Assembly: GCA_012295275.1 (NCBI GenBank)
Contig: CM022670.1
Location: 5,208,001 to 5,272,000, forward strand
Direction: 5' to 3'
Length of the DNA: 64,000 nt
From: Chrysomallon squamiferum
Taxonomy: Eukaryota > Animalia > Mollusca
The translations under genes were made by a program, and so were the position numbers. Shown here piece by piece: positions 48,486-61,317 of the stretch. Every line of letters begins with the position of its first letter. Positions within the stretch are counted from its first letter, which is position 1. Below the pieces are notes generated by a model. That model did no database searches. It was not told the origin of the DNA and saw only the letters and a list, made by a program, of their open reading frames with translations.

Positions 48486-51400
48486 CAATACAGAAAAACA
48501 AAAATAGACACAATGAATATATTCTGTTCAAATATTTATTTTCATTGCTCTGTGTGTATTCTGTGAGTTTAGGTATTAGATATTAATTAATTCATTCATT
48601 CATTTATTAATTCATTTCTGTATTTCCATTGTAGTTGCTGTATGTAAGACACCAGTTCAAAATTGCTTTTTACAATGAACTGAAGCAGGATACACATACA
48701 GCTTTAAAGTGAGTTTAATTGTATTTTATTGTTTGTAGTTGTTGGTCAGATATTTTAAATATATTGTTACCAAATGCTGTAAATTATGTTAAATGGAATC
48801 ATAAATTGTTTAACTTTATGTGCTTATTCTTGAGATTGTCAAATATAAAATTAAATATATTTGTTTTAAAATAAATTTTCTTGCCATAATTTCACTTTTT
48901 TTATTTATATATTAATCCCATGCATGTTAATTGTATTTCAGACATTATAAGCAAGCTTATGGATACATTCTTGATTTACGAATGTATGACACCAACATGT
49001 TGGAAATCAAGGTTATAGCTGGGTTTGTTAATTACAAGGTAATTAACTGTTTATGGTAAAAATGTAATTAATATAAATATTTTCAAAATTGGGTATAAAA
49101 CATCTGTATTCAGTTCTTGCTGTTAAAACAAAACTTGTATCCATTTTCTTTTGGAGACAGAAGGTAAACAGGAATTAAGTTGATATGTCAGCTGATTCCT
49201 AGTTTGTATTTCATCCTATGTAAGGTTAAACTAGAAATATTTTACTAGCATTAGGAAGAAAAATCATTTCTACAGATATTGAAAAGATGCCTAAATATTT
49301 ATGCTGACTGATCTTTTCTTAATTAATGTGTCAGTGTGTGTGTTTATATATGTATTATTTGTGTGTGTGTTTGTTCGTGTATGTGTTTGTGTATTATGTG
49401 TGATTGTGTGTGTGCCTTCATGCATGTTTGTACAGGTGTGGGTGTATGTATGTATATCTCAAGACATTACTGTTGTTTACTTTTAGCTGTGTCGGCTGTC
49501 ATTTCAACACAATGCGCCACTTGATGCCATAGCTCAGTTTCGCAAACACATTGACTTCTTCAAGAGTAAACCCACCACCACTGACCTGGCTTTTGAGCAC
49601 AGTGCATGGATGTCTAAACAGTATGTACACATTTACTTGACCTACATCTGTTACTTCTGTCATCTTTGGTCATGCAGAAATTTCCACTAGCTAAATCACA
49701 AAGAGAAAAACTTTATTACATCCACTTCTAGACATATGTCCAGGGGTGAGTTGCTTATTATACAATACTGATTGTTAATTCACAGTGCATTCTTTTTATG
49801 ATGACATAGGTTAGATTTCCATAATTAAAATAAAGAATAAAATTGCCTGCCTTACGTTAACAAGATGGATTACTACTATTATTACTATTACTATTACTAC
49901 TACTAATAATAATGGTAATAACAACAACAAAAGATAATATAATCTGTTTTAATAATTAGATTATTGCTATGCTTTTATTTCAATCCAGCAGCTGTAAAAA
50001 TAACATTGTTACTTAAATTTCTATGTTCTAAAATACATTGGTTGTGTAGCAGAATATTTTATTTTAAACTAAAAGATACACAAACAAGTTTAGAGGAAGT
50101 AATTCATTAAATAATATCTTGTTATATTTAGGATCAATATATGTGTGTGGTTTGATGGGTTTTTTTCTAAGTTTTTTTTTTTTTAAATATTTTGTTCTCA
50201 TCTTGTTTAAAACTGTGTTTTACTAATGTTGACAGATTCCAGGTATTTGGTGATCTCTTTGATGAGGCCATCAAACTGGGACTAACAGCCATACAAACAC
50301 AACATCCTGGATTTTATTACCAACAAGCTGCTAGTCATTCCATATGGAGAAAACAGCTCTGCCAGGGTCTTTGCAAGGTATCACAAAATTAATTATATCA
50401 AATTTAATTTGATTTTCCTGCTGAATCAATCTATGAAGAATAAAAAAAAAAAAAAGAGTTTTACATAATTATTATGTATTGATAATACATTTTCTTAAGG
50501 AATGATTTTTTGAGAAATGAAACCAAAAATTCTCTTAATCAGATGTAACAAGGGAGACTTAATACATATGCTTTCCCAGTCGATAAAACTTTTGATGAAA
50601 TCATCAGGTTATGGTTAATTTTGTATATTATTTATCCATGACTGTCTGAATTATTCGTGTATTTATATAACTTTACATTGGTTTCTTTATCTATTGTAGC
50701 CCTCTGTGGATGAACCACAACATGACATGGTGGAGAAACTTGCTAAATTGGAATATTATGGACAAAGGCCATGGAGACAGGGACATCAAAGTAAGTAAAT
50801 AATTTTTTTCCCTTGTTTTATGTAATATGACATTTAATTCATATCTAGTTCTACTAAATTATTTTATTAATTTAGCTTGTTTTTTTTTTTTTTTTTATTT
50901 ATCTTCTTTTTTTTTATTATTCCTTTATTGTTATTATTGTTATGGTTGTTGTTGTTTTTGATTGAATTTTTCTTTTATATTACTTATTTATTTATTTTGA
51001 TTCTTGTTTAGTAATTGCTATGAATAATATAAAAAATTTAATATTATTTTCCATGATATAATTTCAGGTATTGATCCACCAGATGCTCAGAAGGAAAAAG
51101 AAGGAATTGCAGCCCTGCAGTATCTAGAAACACAAGTTGATCATTCTGTAAATATATATATTACAATCCAAGATAATCACAGTGGTATATTTATTGTGTT
51201 GATATTGCAGTGTACTGCATCTGTTTATTTGTATGTGTGTGAATATATGTATGTACATGTAATATATATATATGTATCATATTGCACTATCTAAAGCATT
51301 TCACTGTTGTTAAAGTTTTGCTCCGGGTCAGTTAAATAGATAACAGTTTGCTTAACCTAATCACAAAAATGACAGTAATTTGAATGGCTATAATCTGTGT

Positions 51401-54400
51401 CTGATTCATTCTTTTGTTCAGTGGATTATTATTCCTCTGCTTGGAAGTGCTGTGGCTCAGTTCAAGAAGTACAAGTCTCCAAGAATGAAAAGGAGTTTGA
51501 GTGAGTAGATTTTAATTTACCAGCACCAGTCACCATATATATAAAAAAAACCTCTTATAATTCCTGCATTGTTAATCAGTATCCATCACAGTTCTTTGTC
51601 AGAGACAAACAGATGAATATTATTACTGTGTAATTAAACAGTTGAATAGAGTGATAAAGATAAAGAGTGGAATATTAATTGTGATGGAGTTTAATAATAG
51701 AATATTAATTATGACAGAGTTAAATGTGGAATTTTAATTGTGACAGATTTAAATAACGGAATGTTATTTGTGACAAAGTTAAACGTCTAATCATTATAGG
51801 AAAGGTAAACATTAACATTTCATTATGATAAATGTCTGAATATAATTATGTACAGATAAAATGTTAAATATGCTTCCTTGTTTTAGTGGTCCATATGGGT
51901 GAGGAATATTTCCATGCCAAAGATTACACAAAATCACTGATGTAAGTTTATAATGTCTTTTGTTTCTTTCTTAATTTCCTTTTTTTTTTACTTATTATGT
52001 CTTTTGAAAATATTAACATTTAAATACACAAACACATACCTCGGAAATTAAGTCAGAGTAAGTACATTTTCCAATACATTGTATCATAATCCTTGTTACA
52101 AATTTGTTTGAATTTCACAGAAATATTAAGATTATAAAATATGACATTTTTATGAAAAAAATTGTTTTATTTTATAATTTTTTATTATTAATATTTATTT
52201 ATTTATTTAAATTTACTTTATTTTACTTTGCTTTACTTTACTTCACTACATTTCACTTCTATTCAGTTATGTTCATTTCACTTCACTTTGCCTTGCCTTA
52301 TATAACATTTTATTTTACTTTTTTTTCTAATACGTTTAAACAAAATCTATTGCAGGCTGCTGAACAAAGTGATGGCAGATTATCGGATTGAGCGCTGGTG
52401 GCCACTTCTCACTTCTATTCTTAATCTGTCTCTCAAGTGTGCATATCTCACAGGAAAAGTACAGGACTACATAACCAACTGTCTTGAGCTCATTGGACAA
52501 TGTATCTTTTTTAACTTAATACTATAAGTATTAATAACATGTTGGAGGTCTGGGATTAAACTCCAGTGATATATTAGTTAATTAAACCTTTACAGTTAAC
52601 ACCCCAAATAAGTGATATATTTCTGTTCAGATATAATCTTTAACTAAAGATTTGTTCATTCTTACACAATGTTGCATGTTGTTTGAAAGATTCTTTAACT
52701 CTAAGAAGACTGTCAGAGTTCATCTGATGAAAAAACAAGAAGACAAATGAATATGATCCGTGTTTTGTCTGTAAGTATTTCTCTTGATGTTTGACCGTTA
52801 TTTTTATGTTTTAATACCAAAACATGTTCTGTTAATATACTTTTTAATTATTTGTTACTTTTTTATTAATATATTATTTTGCTATTATTACTTTTTTCAT
52901 GTTTTATTTATATTTTTAACATTATTTTTAATCATTTTTTATTTTTAATTATTTAATACTTTTTTGTTAGTATATTATTTTTGCTGCTATAAATATTTCT
53001 GTTTTGTTTTTCCTGGGTGTATGGGGGATCAAGTCAGAATGTGGAATAGTTAAGCTATTGAATGACAGTCAGTATTACAAAATAATTCAATTTTTAATAT
53101 TTTCATTACAGGTGTAGTAAGAATTATTTTATTGTAATATGAATTTTTTTCTCAGTGAATTTTAAAATAAAAATAAGATATTTTCATTGGATTAAAATGA
53201 AATTTTCTTTTTGTCAGAATGATATTCCTGAACCCGAACCAGGCCTCCTTCCAGCCAGTGTGGACACTGCCCACAGTGAGTGGCAGAAGGTACAGAAAAA
53301 TGGACCCATCATTTTCACAGTAGAAATGCAGAGCTTGGTGCCCTTTGGTAAATAATCATTTATTAAATAAATATAATTGAGTGTACTTTTTAGACATTTT
53401 ACTTTAATTATTATTAATTAATTGATAGGTATATCCAGTAATGTTTATTTGTAAAACACATATACAAGAAGAGGAGACAGATTTGTTTACAATATATATA
53501 GATGCTAGACAAAGCTAGCATAATCTAACAATGGTTTTAGTGTTGGTAGCAGTTTTGTGGTGTTGATTTATCACAAATCATATATCATAGACCAGATTTG
53601 TCTTTGTATAATTTTATATGTCTAATTTTAAAAATTGAAATTGAAATTAACAGTGTACTGCAATAAATGTATGTTTCTGTTTGAAGTTGAATGCAAGGCA
53701 AGGTTTGTGGGAGACACTGTGTCAGCAGATAGTGAAGTTATTCTGGAAGTTTGTGTTAGGTAAGAGTTTGACAACACATCCTGCCATCTTATTACAAAAA
53801 AAAACAAGTTAAAGTTTCCAATCTTGCCAAAATATTACTTTATTTGATTTTTTAAAAGCACTATATAATTAATTCATCATACATACTCCTTAAGATACCC
53901 CTGTACTAATTGATAAGGGTATTACATGAAGAAGTAAAAAATATTTCATCTTTTAAATTATCTTTTTGCAGAAGTTTCACATTATTGTTAATATGTGTTG
54001 AGGTGATAAATGCTCTACCACTGAATAGAGCCCACTTCCATTTTATGATTAATTAACTAAAAATAAATTGTCTATATATCAGATCTGTTCCTGTACAGGT
54101 AAAAAAATAAATGTTTTAAAAATATTTTCTTCCAATTTTGTCTTTATTGCATATTATTATTATTATTATTTTCTTTTTAGGGTTGTGTGTCCTTTTCCAA
54201 TAAGATTTTCTAAACTGTCAGTATTATTTAGTAACCAGGTGAGATTTTTAAAATAATGTTTCTGTATATATGTGTGTTTAGGTGTAAGAAAAGATCTAGA
54301 AGTTTTGGGGGTTTTGTAACACTTTTTAGAATTATTTATCTGTATTACTAAGCAACTCTTATATTATTTTGAAATAATAACAACAAAAGCAAATTTCAAA

Positions 54401-55833
54401 TTAGAATTACATCTCAAACAAATTTTAAATTAGAATTACATCTCAAACAAATTTTAAATTGAAAATCAAAATGTTGGTAATATAAATTTATTATTAAGGG
54501 CATGTAACTTCTTAACACTAATAAATTAATACCTTTAAAAAAAGTATCAAAATGTAGAATACTTTTTTGTTCTAAAATTTATTTTAATTGTTTTTATTTA
54601 TTTATTTATTTATTTATCATTTTTATTTTTATTTTGAAATGGAAACCCAGTTTTAATCAGCTAAATACTTCTAGAGTTGTTCTGGGAATTGGAGATTCCT
54701 GTGTCAGTTTGTTATTGTTTGAGTTTTCTTGTTACCAGAGTTACAACCAGTACTGTGAGATGACAGACGTGCGGGGCACAAACGCTGCCTCCGAGGGCGA
54801 GACAGACAGTGGGGACCTGTATCTGATTCCTGCTAAATTCAGAGTGTTCAGGTTTACTTTCCTGCCAGTGAAAGAAGATGTAGGATCACAGATTGAGGTA
54901 ATCCTGACTGCTCAGTACTTTTTAATTTTTAAAAATCTAGTATTTTATTAATTATCATTTTCACCTTTGTTTCGTAATAAGATTTCATTTAAATCAGTTA
55001 ATCAGTTCATGAATGTCTGAGAAATGATAATATTCACACAAGATTCATATACAGAAGTTGTATGCTTACAGTCCCAGATAAGGAAATAGGTATATTGCCT
55101 AAGAAAACAGAGTAGTCTTTTTCTTTCACCTTAAACAGCTGCTTAATCAAGCTGGTGTTTCATATAAACTGGTATCTTCCATTTTTATCTTGACTGACAC
55201 CAAGTATAATCAACTCATCATTAGAAGAAATTTATTATAAGTAAAAGAATTTAGGCTATTTTATGAAATAAGTATATTTTAATGTTATTGTTAGGTTTTC
55301 TTTATTTCTTTTTGTTTTTAAATATTTTTCTAAATATTAATTTATTTTTCTTTAAAATGCTTTTAATCTGTTTGTATATTATCCCACTGGATGTTATGTC
55401 ATTATTATTTTCGATCTTATTGTTATATAATTATTGTTGATATTGTTATTGTTCTTTTATGTTTTTAAAACAATAATATCATTTAACATTAATACAAAGA
55501 GTTTATTTAAATTTACAATAAGTAGTTCTATTATAGATATCATCCGTTGCCTTGGAGATGGGTTCACAAGCTAAATGCTGTGCAGTCTTGAGGTGGATTG
55601 GTGCTGGGGGTGATGCTTTGACTGCACCACATGGACAACAGCCTCTGCTGGGTAAAAAGCCTGTCATAGCCGAGGGAAAAGTTGAATGGGAGGAGTTCAG
55701 TGTCAGCTCTCTGATCAGGTAATGTTCGACATTGAATTTATACTTGATTTGTAAAACACTTCAATTAAATCCTGACCATTACTGTAAACATTTTATATTT
55801 AGTTTGATGTAATAAGTGTGTGTGTGTGTGTGC

Positions 55834-55888
<55 letters not shown>

Positions 55889-58800
55889 CATGTGATTATT
55901 ATTACAATTTTTATTTTTATTATTTTTTATTATATGAAAAATAATCTTGTTATGAAAACAAATGCTGTTATGTTGTGCAGGGTTGTTCCTCGACAAGCTA
56001 AACTAGATATGTCTGTTGACCACAAAGCTCCAAGCCTACTGAATGAATTTTATGAGGTGACCATCTCCATTACTAACAAAGAAGATGTGCCAATTTCAGA
56101 TGTTATGTAAGCAGTCTGAGTTTGTTTTTGGTTTTTATTTTAGTTTGTTTGTTTTCTTTAATTTTTATTTAAAAAAAAAAAAAAATGATCAATTATTATT
56201 TTGTTTTTATTTATTTTATTTTTGTTATTGTTGCTGCTCCAGTTTTACTGTTTGACAAAATATCATAATTTCATTCTTGGAATTATACTATTTTATGCAA
56301 ACTAATATTATAAAATTACATTTATTAAATTACACAATGGTTCATTATTAGTCTATATTTTTTGCAATGAGAAGTCTAACTGGACTTTATTTCCTAACAT
56401 TACTGACACTTGTTTCTTTTAAATTTGTCAAATATAAATATATTTCATTTTATTTATTAGTCTTTCAGCAAAACATGCAGATTCAGAAGAATCAACTCAA
56501 GATCAAACAAGTAAGTGTGAACCTAAACAGAGCTATTTCATTTGTCAAAAGGTTTACTGGATATATAGTGTATTGCATCAAACATAATTTTGTGAAAGAT
56601 AAATTTTAAAAAATAGATAAATATATATACATGTACAACAGTGAATGTTTCTTTAATATCAAACTGAATCATATAGAAAAATAAAACATGTGTTTGAGAG
56701 AGAACTATATTTATTTTTTGTGTTTTATTCCATTCTGGCCAGTGTTCTGATTGAAGAATCAAAGGCCACTGCATATATTTTCAATGTCTGTGGAAAGATG
56801 TAAATTACTAATCCCTGTATATAACAAATGATATCTAAAACACAACTGAGATATGACACCAGTTAATATTAATTTATTTTGAGATGTTGTTACATATGTA
56901 TATTTATTCATGGATTCAGTTGCTAGACATTTTCAAAACTGTATTTGCAGCTCATCTGAGTCTAGATTCACCAGTCTACGAAGACAAAGTTGTATCTAAT
57001 TTAACAGGAATTTCTCTTGGTCACCTTGAACCAGGAGACCAGGTATAAAAAAGTTCAAGTCTTTTCTCTTTTCCACATTCTGCTTTGTTCAACATGTCTT
57101 ACTTGTCAGATTTATTGTTCATCAAATACTTTTTTTTTTAAATGTTCCTGCTATTGATAATATATTTTTATCATATTTCTAAGCAGAAGTAAATAGAACT
57201 TAATTTCTTTAAGATGTTATACAGAAAAATGTACAGATATGAAATAATTTTAAAAACATTTTCTCATTTCTCTGTTTTATGTTCATTTTTATTTTACTAT
57301 TAGTAGTATTACATATTTTTATTTTTTTATTGATATACATAATTAATTTGTCAAGATATAAAATGTATTTATTTATTTAACTGCTTTTTATTTTATATTA
57401 CTTAGTTATTATTTTTTTTTTTTTAATGATAATGAAACAATGGTTTATTATCTTATTAACAGAGAGTGAAACGTGTTTACCTCAAGTGTTTGCAGTCAGG
57501 AATAAGGACATTGTTTGTTAAGGTGAAATATTAATTACTTCTTATTACTGCTGTTTAGACTGTATTTTAAAAACTAGTTTATATTAAAAAATCTTTATCT
57601 TATTAGTTTTATTTTTTAATTATTATTATTACTTTTCTTTTTTCTTCTTTTTTTTTAAGATGATTCATAAGATTTCTTCAAATGTCACATTTTTATGGTC
57701 ATTGCTCTGAAATATTATATGTATATATATTTTTATTATTATTATTTTTTTATATATATAATTTTTTATGTCAGAATTTGACTGTCATCTGTTTATTATT
57801 TTTTTTTTTTTTTTTATTTTTTCTGAAGTTTCCTCAATTTTAAAACCAGGTTGCTTACAGAGTGGATGTACAAGTGAAAAACCAAACAGTGACCTGTGCT
57901 TGCCAGCGAGAGGAAGTGCTTACAGTGACAACTATTACTCCATTTGAAGTTTCCATTAAACTGCAGTCTATGAAGGTACTTACTATATTATAATACCATA
58001 GCATTATGTTAGTTTCGTTTTAATTTATTCTGGGTCAGAGTTGTTTTTTTGTTTATTTTGTGTTCTATTTTATTCTAATCTTTTCCATTTTATTCTATTT
58101 TATTTTGTTCTGTTCTATATTAGTTTGTTCTGTTGCATTACATTCCTTTATGTTCTACCCTTTTAATTTTATTTAGTTCTGTTGTTAGATTATCTTATAT
58201 TTTGTTAAGTTATGTTATGTTATATTTAATTTATATTATATTATTCTGTTCCATTATATTATGTTCTGTTCAAGCTTATTCTAATTGTCTTGTTCTATTC
58301 TGTTCTGTTCTATAATTTTTAATATTTTTTATTTTCTTTTATTCAATTATATTATGTTCTGCAATATTTTGTTGATTATATTGTTTTCAATTCTATTCTG
58401 TTCTGTTTATTTTATTCTTTTCCATTATATTGTGTTATATTTTGGTTCTATTTTATTCTATTCTAGTCTATTTTTTTATTATTCTGTCCATTATGTTATG
58501 TTCTGTTATTTTCTATTCTATTCTATTCTGTTTATTTTATTACATTCTATTCCATTCTATTCTATTCTATTCTGTTTATTTTATTACATTCTGTTATTTT
58601 CTATTCTATTCTATTCTGTTTATTTTATTACATTCTATTCCATTCTATTCTATTCTATTCTGTTTTCAGTTTGAGCCAATAGATGCAGCTCATGCTGAGG
58701 AACCATTTTTGTTGATGCCAGAGATAGGCTGCACATCTCCTTGGCCAGTTGAGATAAAAACAAGTCATATTCAACTGGTATGTATTTAATCTGTGTGACT

Positions 58801-61253
58801 ACTATACAAAAACCTATCACTAGACTAGTAAACTTTAATTCAACATTTGAAGATGTTTTTATATGGTTTAATGTGTCAGACGTGTCAAAAGAGTTGTATA
58901 GAGAATACTACAAAAGGTTTAGCTGGGACAATCATCAGTCATGTTCTAATTACAATAATTTTGATTTGATTCAGATTAAAATAATCTCATAAATTATTTC
59001 AGAGGCTTTTCTTCAGATAACTAAACATTTTTTAAAATGTCAGAAAAAAAAATCTTTAATAAATTTTTAATGGAATTAGTGATATCATATTTTTATTTTC
59101 AGACAGAGTATGTTAAAACATCAAGTGAAAAGTTTGTTTCTCAGATTGAAGGTGGTAAGTAATAAAATAGTTTAATTGCTTGTATATATGTTTATGTGTA
59201 GATATGTATATCTGCTTGCATTGGTACATGTGAGTGTATCCCATTGAGTGGTTTTACATGTTTGTGTGTCTTATGAAAGAGATTCTGATTATAATTTTTT
59301 TTTTTTTTTTTTTTTTTCAGTCTGTCTGAAGAAGTCAGAATGTGCAGCAGAATGTCTTAGTTTGGTAGCTGTAGCTTTTGTCCAGCCATCTGTATCACTT
59401 GGGACATACACAGTTCACTGGAGAAGGTTGGTTCTCTTTTTATAAAATTAAGTAGCTGCTGATAACATCAAGGCAGATATTTACATTTTACATAGATCTG
59501 TTCTGCTTTCTTTATTTAAATAAATTCAAATACAGGCACTGCATATTGATGGTTAAAAAAATAACAATGTCAGAAAATAAATATTTCCATTTGTAATCAT
59601 CTTTTGTTTTTTATTTAAATACTTAATTATTTATATTTTCTTTGTTTTATTTTTTATTTGTTTGGTTTTTAAGCATATCTTGTCTGTACTTTAGTATTAT
59701 TTTATGGAACTGTATATTTAAGGATTAAAATATATGTTTCCATTTGTAATCATCTTTTCTTTTTTATTTATTTATTAACTTTTTTTTTATATATTTTTTT
59801 TAAAGTACATATTGTATGTACTTTAGAATTCTTGAAAGTATTCTTTTTAAAATTATTATCTGATTTTGTATATGTTCTGAAAAAACAAAACAATTAGAAA
59901 ATAGAAATTAATTGTTTATTGTCTATTTAATGCAGGAAAATTGACGGCGGAGTTTCTGATCTTCCCTATGTAATGACCTCATTCCCTCTGCCTACAGTAA
60001 ACATAGAACATATTCCTGTCAGTGTCAGACTGGAACTACCAGCGTTTGGCAGGGTGAAAACCTTGCTTCCTCTTTGTTACTTCATCAAGAACTGTACCCC
60101 ATACCTTCAGGAGATGGAAGTCAACATGGATTCTAGTGACAGTTTTATGTTTGCTGGAAACAAACTTGTTAGTATAATCATCTTTTTTGAAAACATTTTT
60201 TATAGCAAAGATTTAGTGAATGGATAAAACATATTGATTATTTTAAGTATTTTTCAGTTTTAAAAACAATATTTGGTCAAAGTGTCTTTTTGATAACTTT
60301 TTTAATGCAAGGATTTCACAAATGGATATAACATTGATTATTTTAAGTATCTGGAAGTTTTAGGACAAGAATATTTAGTTGAAGTGTATTTTTTAAAAAC
60401 AATTTGTGTGTAAGGAAATGATGAATACTCTGATTGTTTTAAGTGTTCCTGATTTTAGGACAAGAATATTTGGTCAAAATGTTTTTTAACAACAATTTTT
60501 ATGCAAGCGTTTAATGAATGGATAGACTATTTTTATTATTTCAAGTACTTTTTTTTAAATTACTAGAATACCTTTTAAATTCAATTTCTATGAATGGATA
60601 AACTATTTTAATTATTTTAATTATTTTTGGTTTAAGAACACTAAACAAAAGACATGTTTATTCACTCGGTAAATACAATGATAGACTAAACATGTATAGT
60701 TAATAACGAAGAGATAATTTCATTCCAGGTTCATTTCCGAGTGTTGCCAGGCAACGACTATCAGCTGTGGTTCAACCTGTTTCCACTAGTTGCAGGTCAG
60801 GTGGCGCTCCCAAAGTTTCACATCAACATGTTGCGTTATCCAGGCACAATGGACGAAGTGATACAGAAAATGCTTCCAAGTAGTGTTTTCATCAAGGTAT
60901 TTATCTTCTTTATTACAACACATTTCTATAACAAAAAACAAAAATGTAAGATATTTGCCCCCCCCAAAAAAAACATTAATAATAAAAAAAAATAAAGAGA
61001 TATAGTGTAAATTTTGTAGTAGTAAGAGTTACTAAAATTAATGTATAAATAATTTTTGCTGTGAAAATACACTGTTGCAGAAATAAATGCAATTGAAAGT
61101 GCAGTTTGTGTAATTAAATTTATACATTTTATTTGATGTTTATATATAATAAATAATAATAAATAAATGATTTTCCCTTCCTTTCAAGTTTGCTAACAAT
61201 TAAGAAAATAAGAAATAAATGATTTTTTTTAATAATATGTTTATATTGAGTAC

Positions 61254-61317
<64 letters not shown>

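Noticed and set aside
50378-50699. Donor GTATCA as a second U12 intron
   Set aside because: It lacks the +6 to +8 pyrimidines, has no TCCTTAAC-like branch site near the AG, and has a normal pyrimidine tract.
56469-56510. Alternative acceptor tttcag at 56468 for TRAPPC11 exon 22
   Set aside because: It breaks the reading frame with exon 23; the acceptor at 56460 keeps phase.
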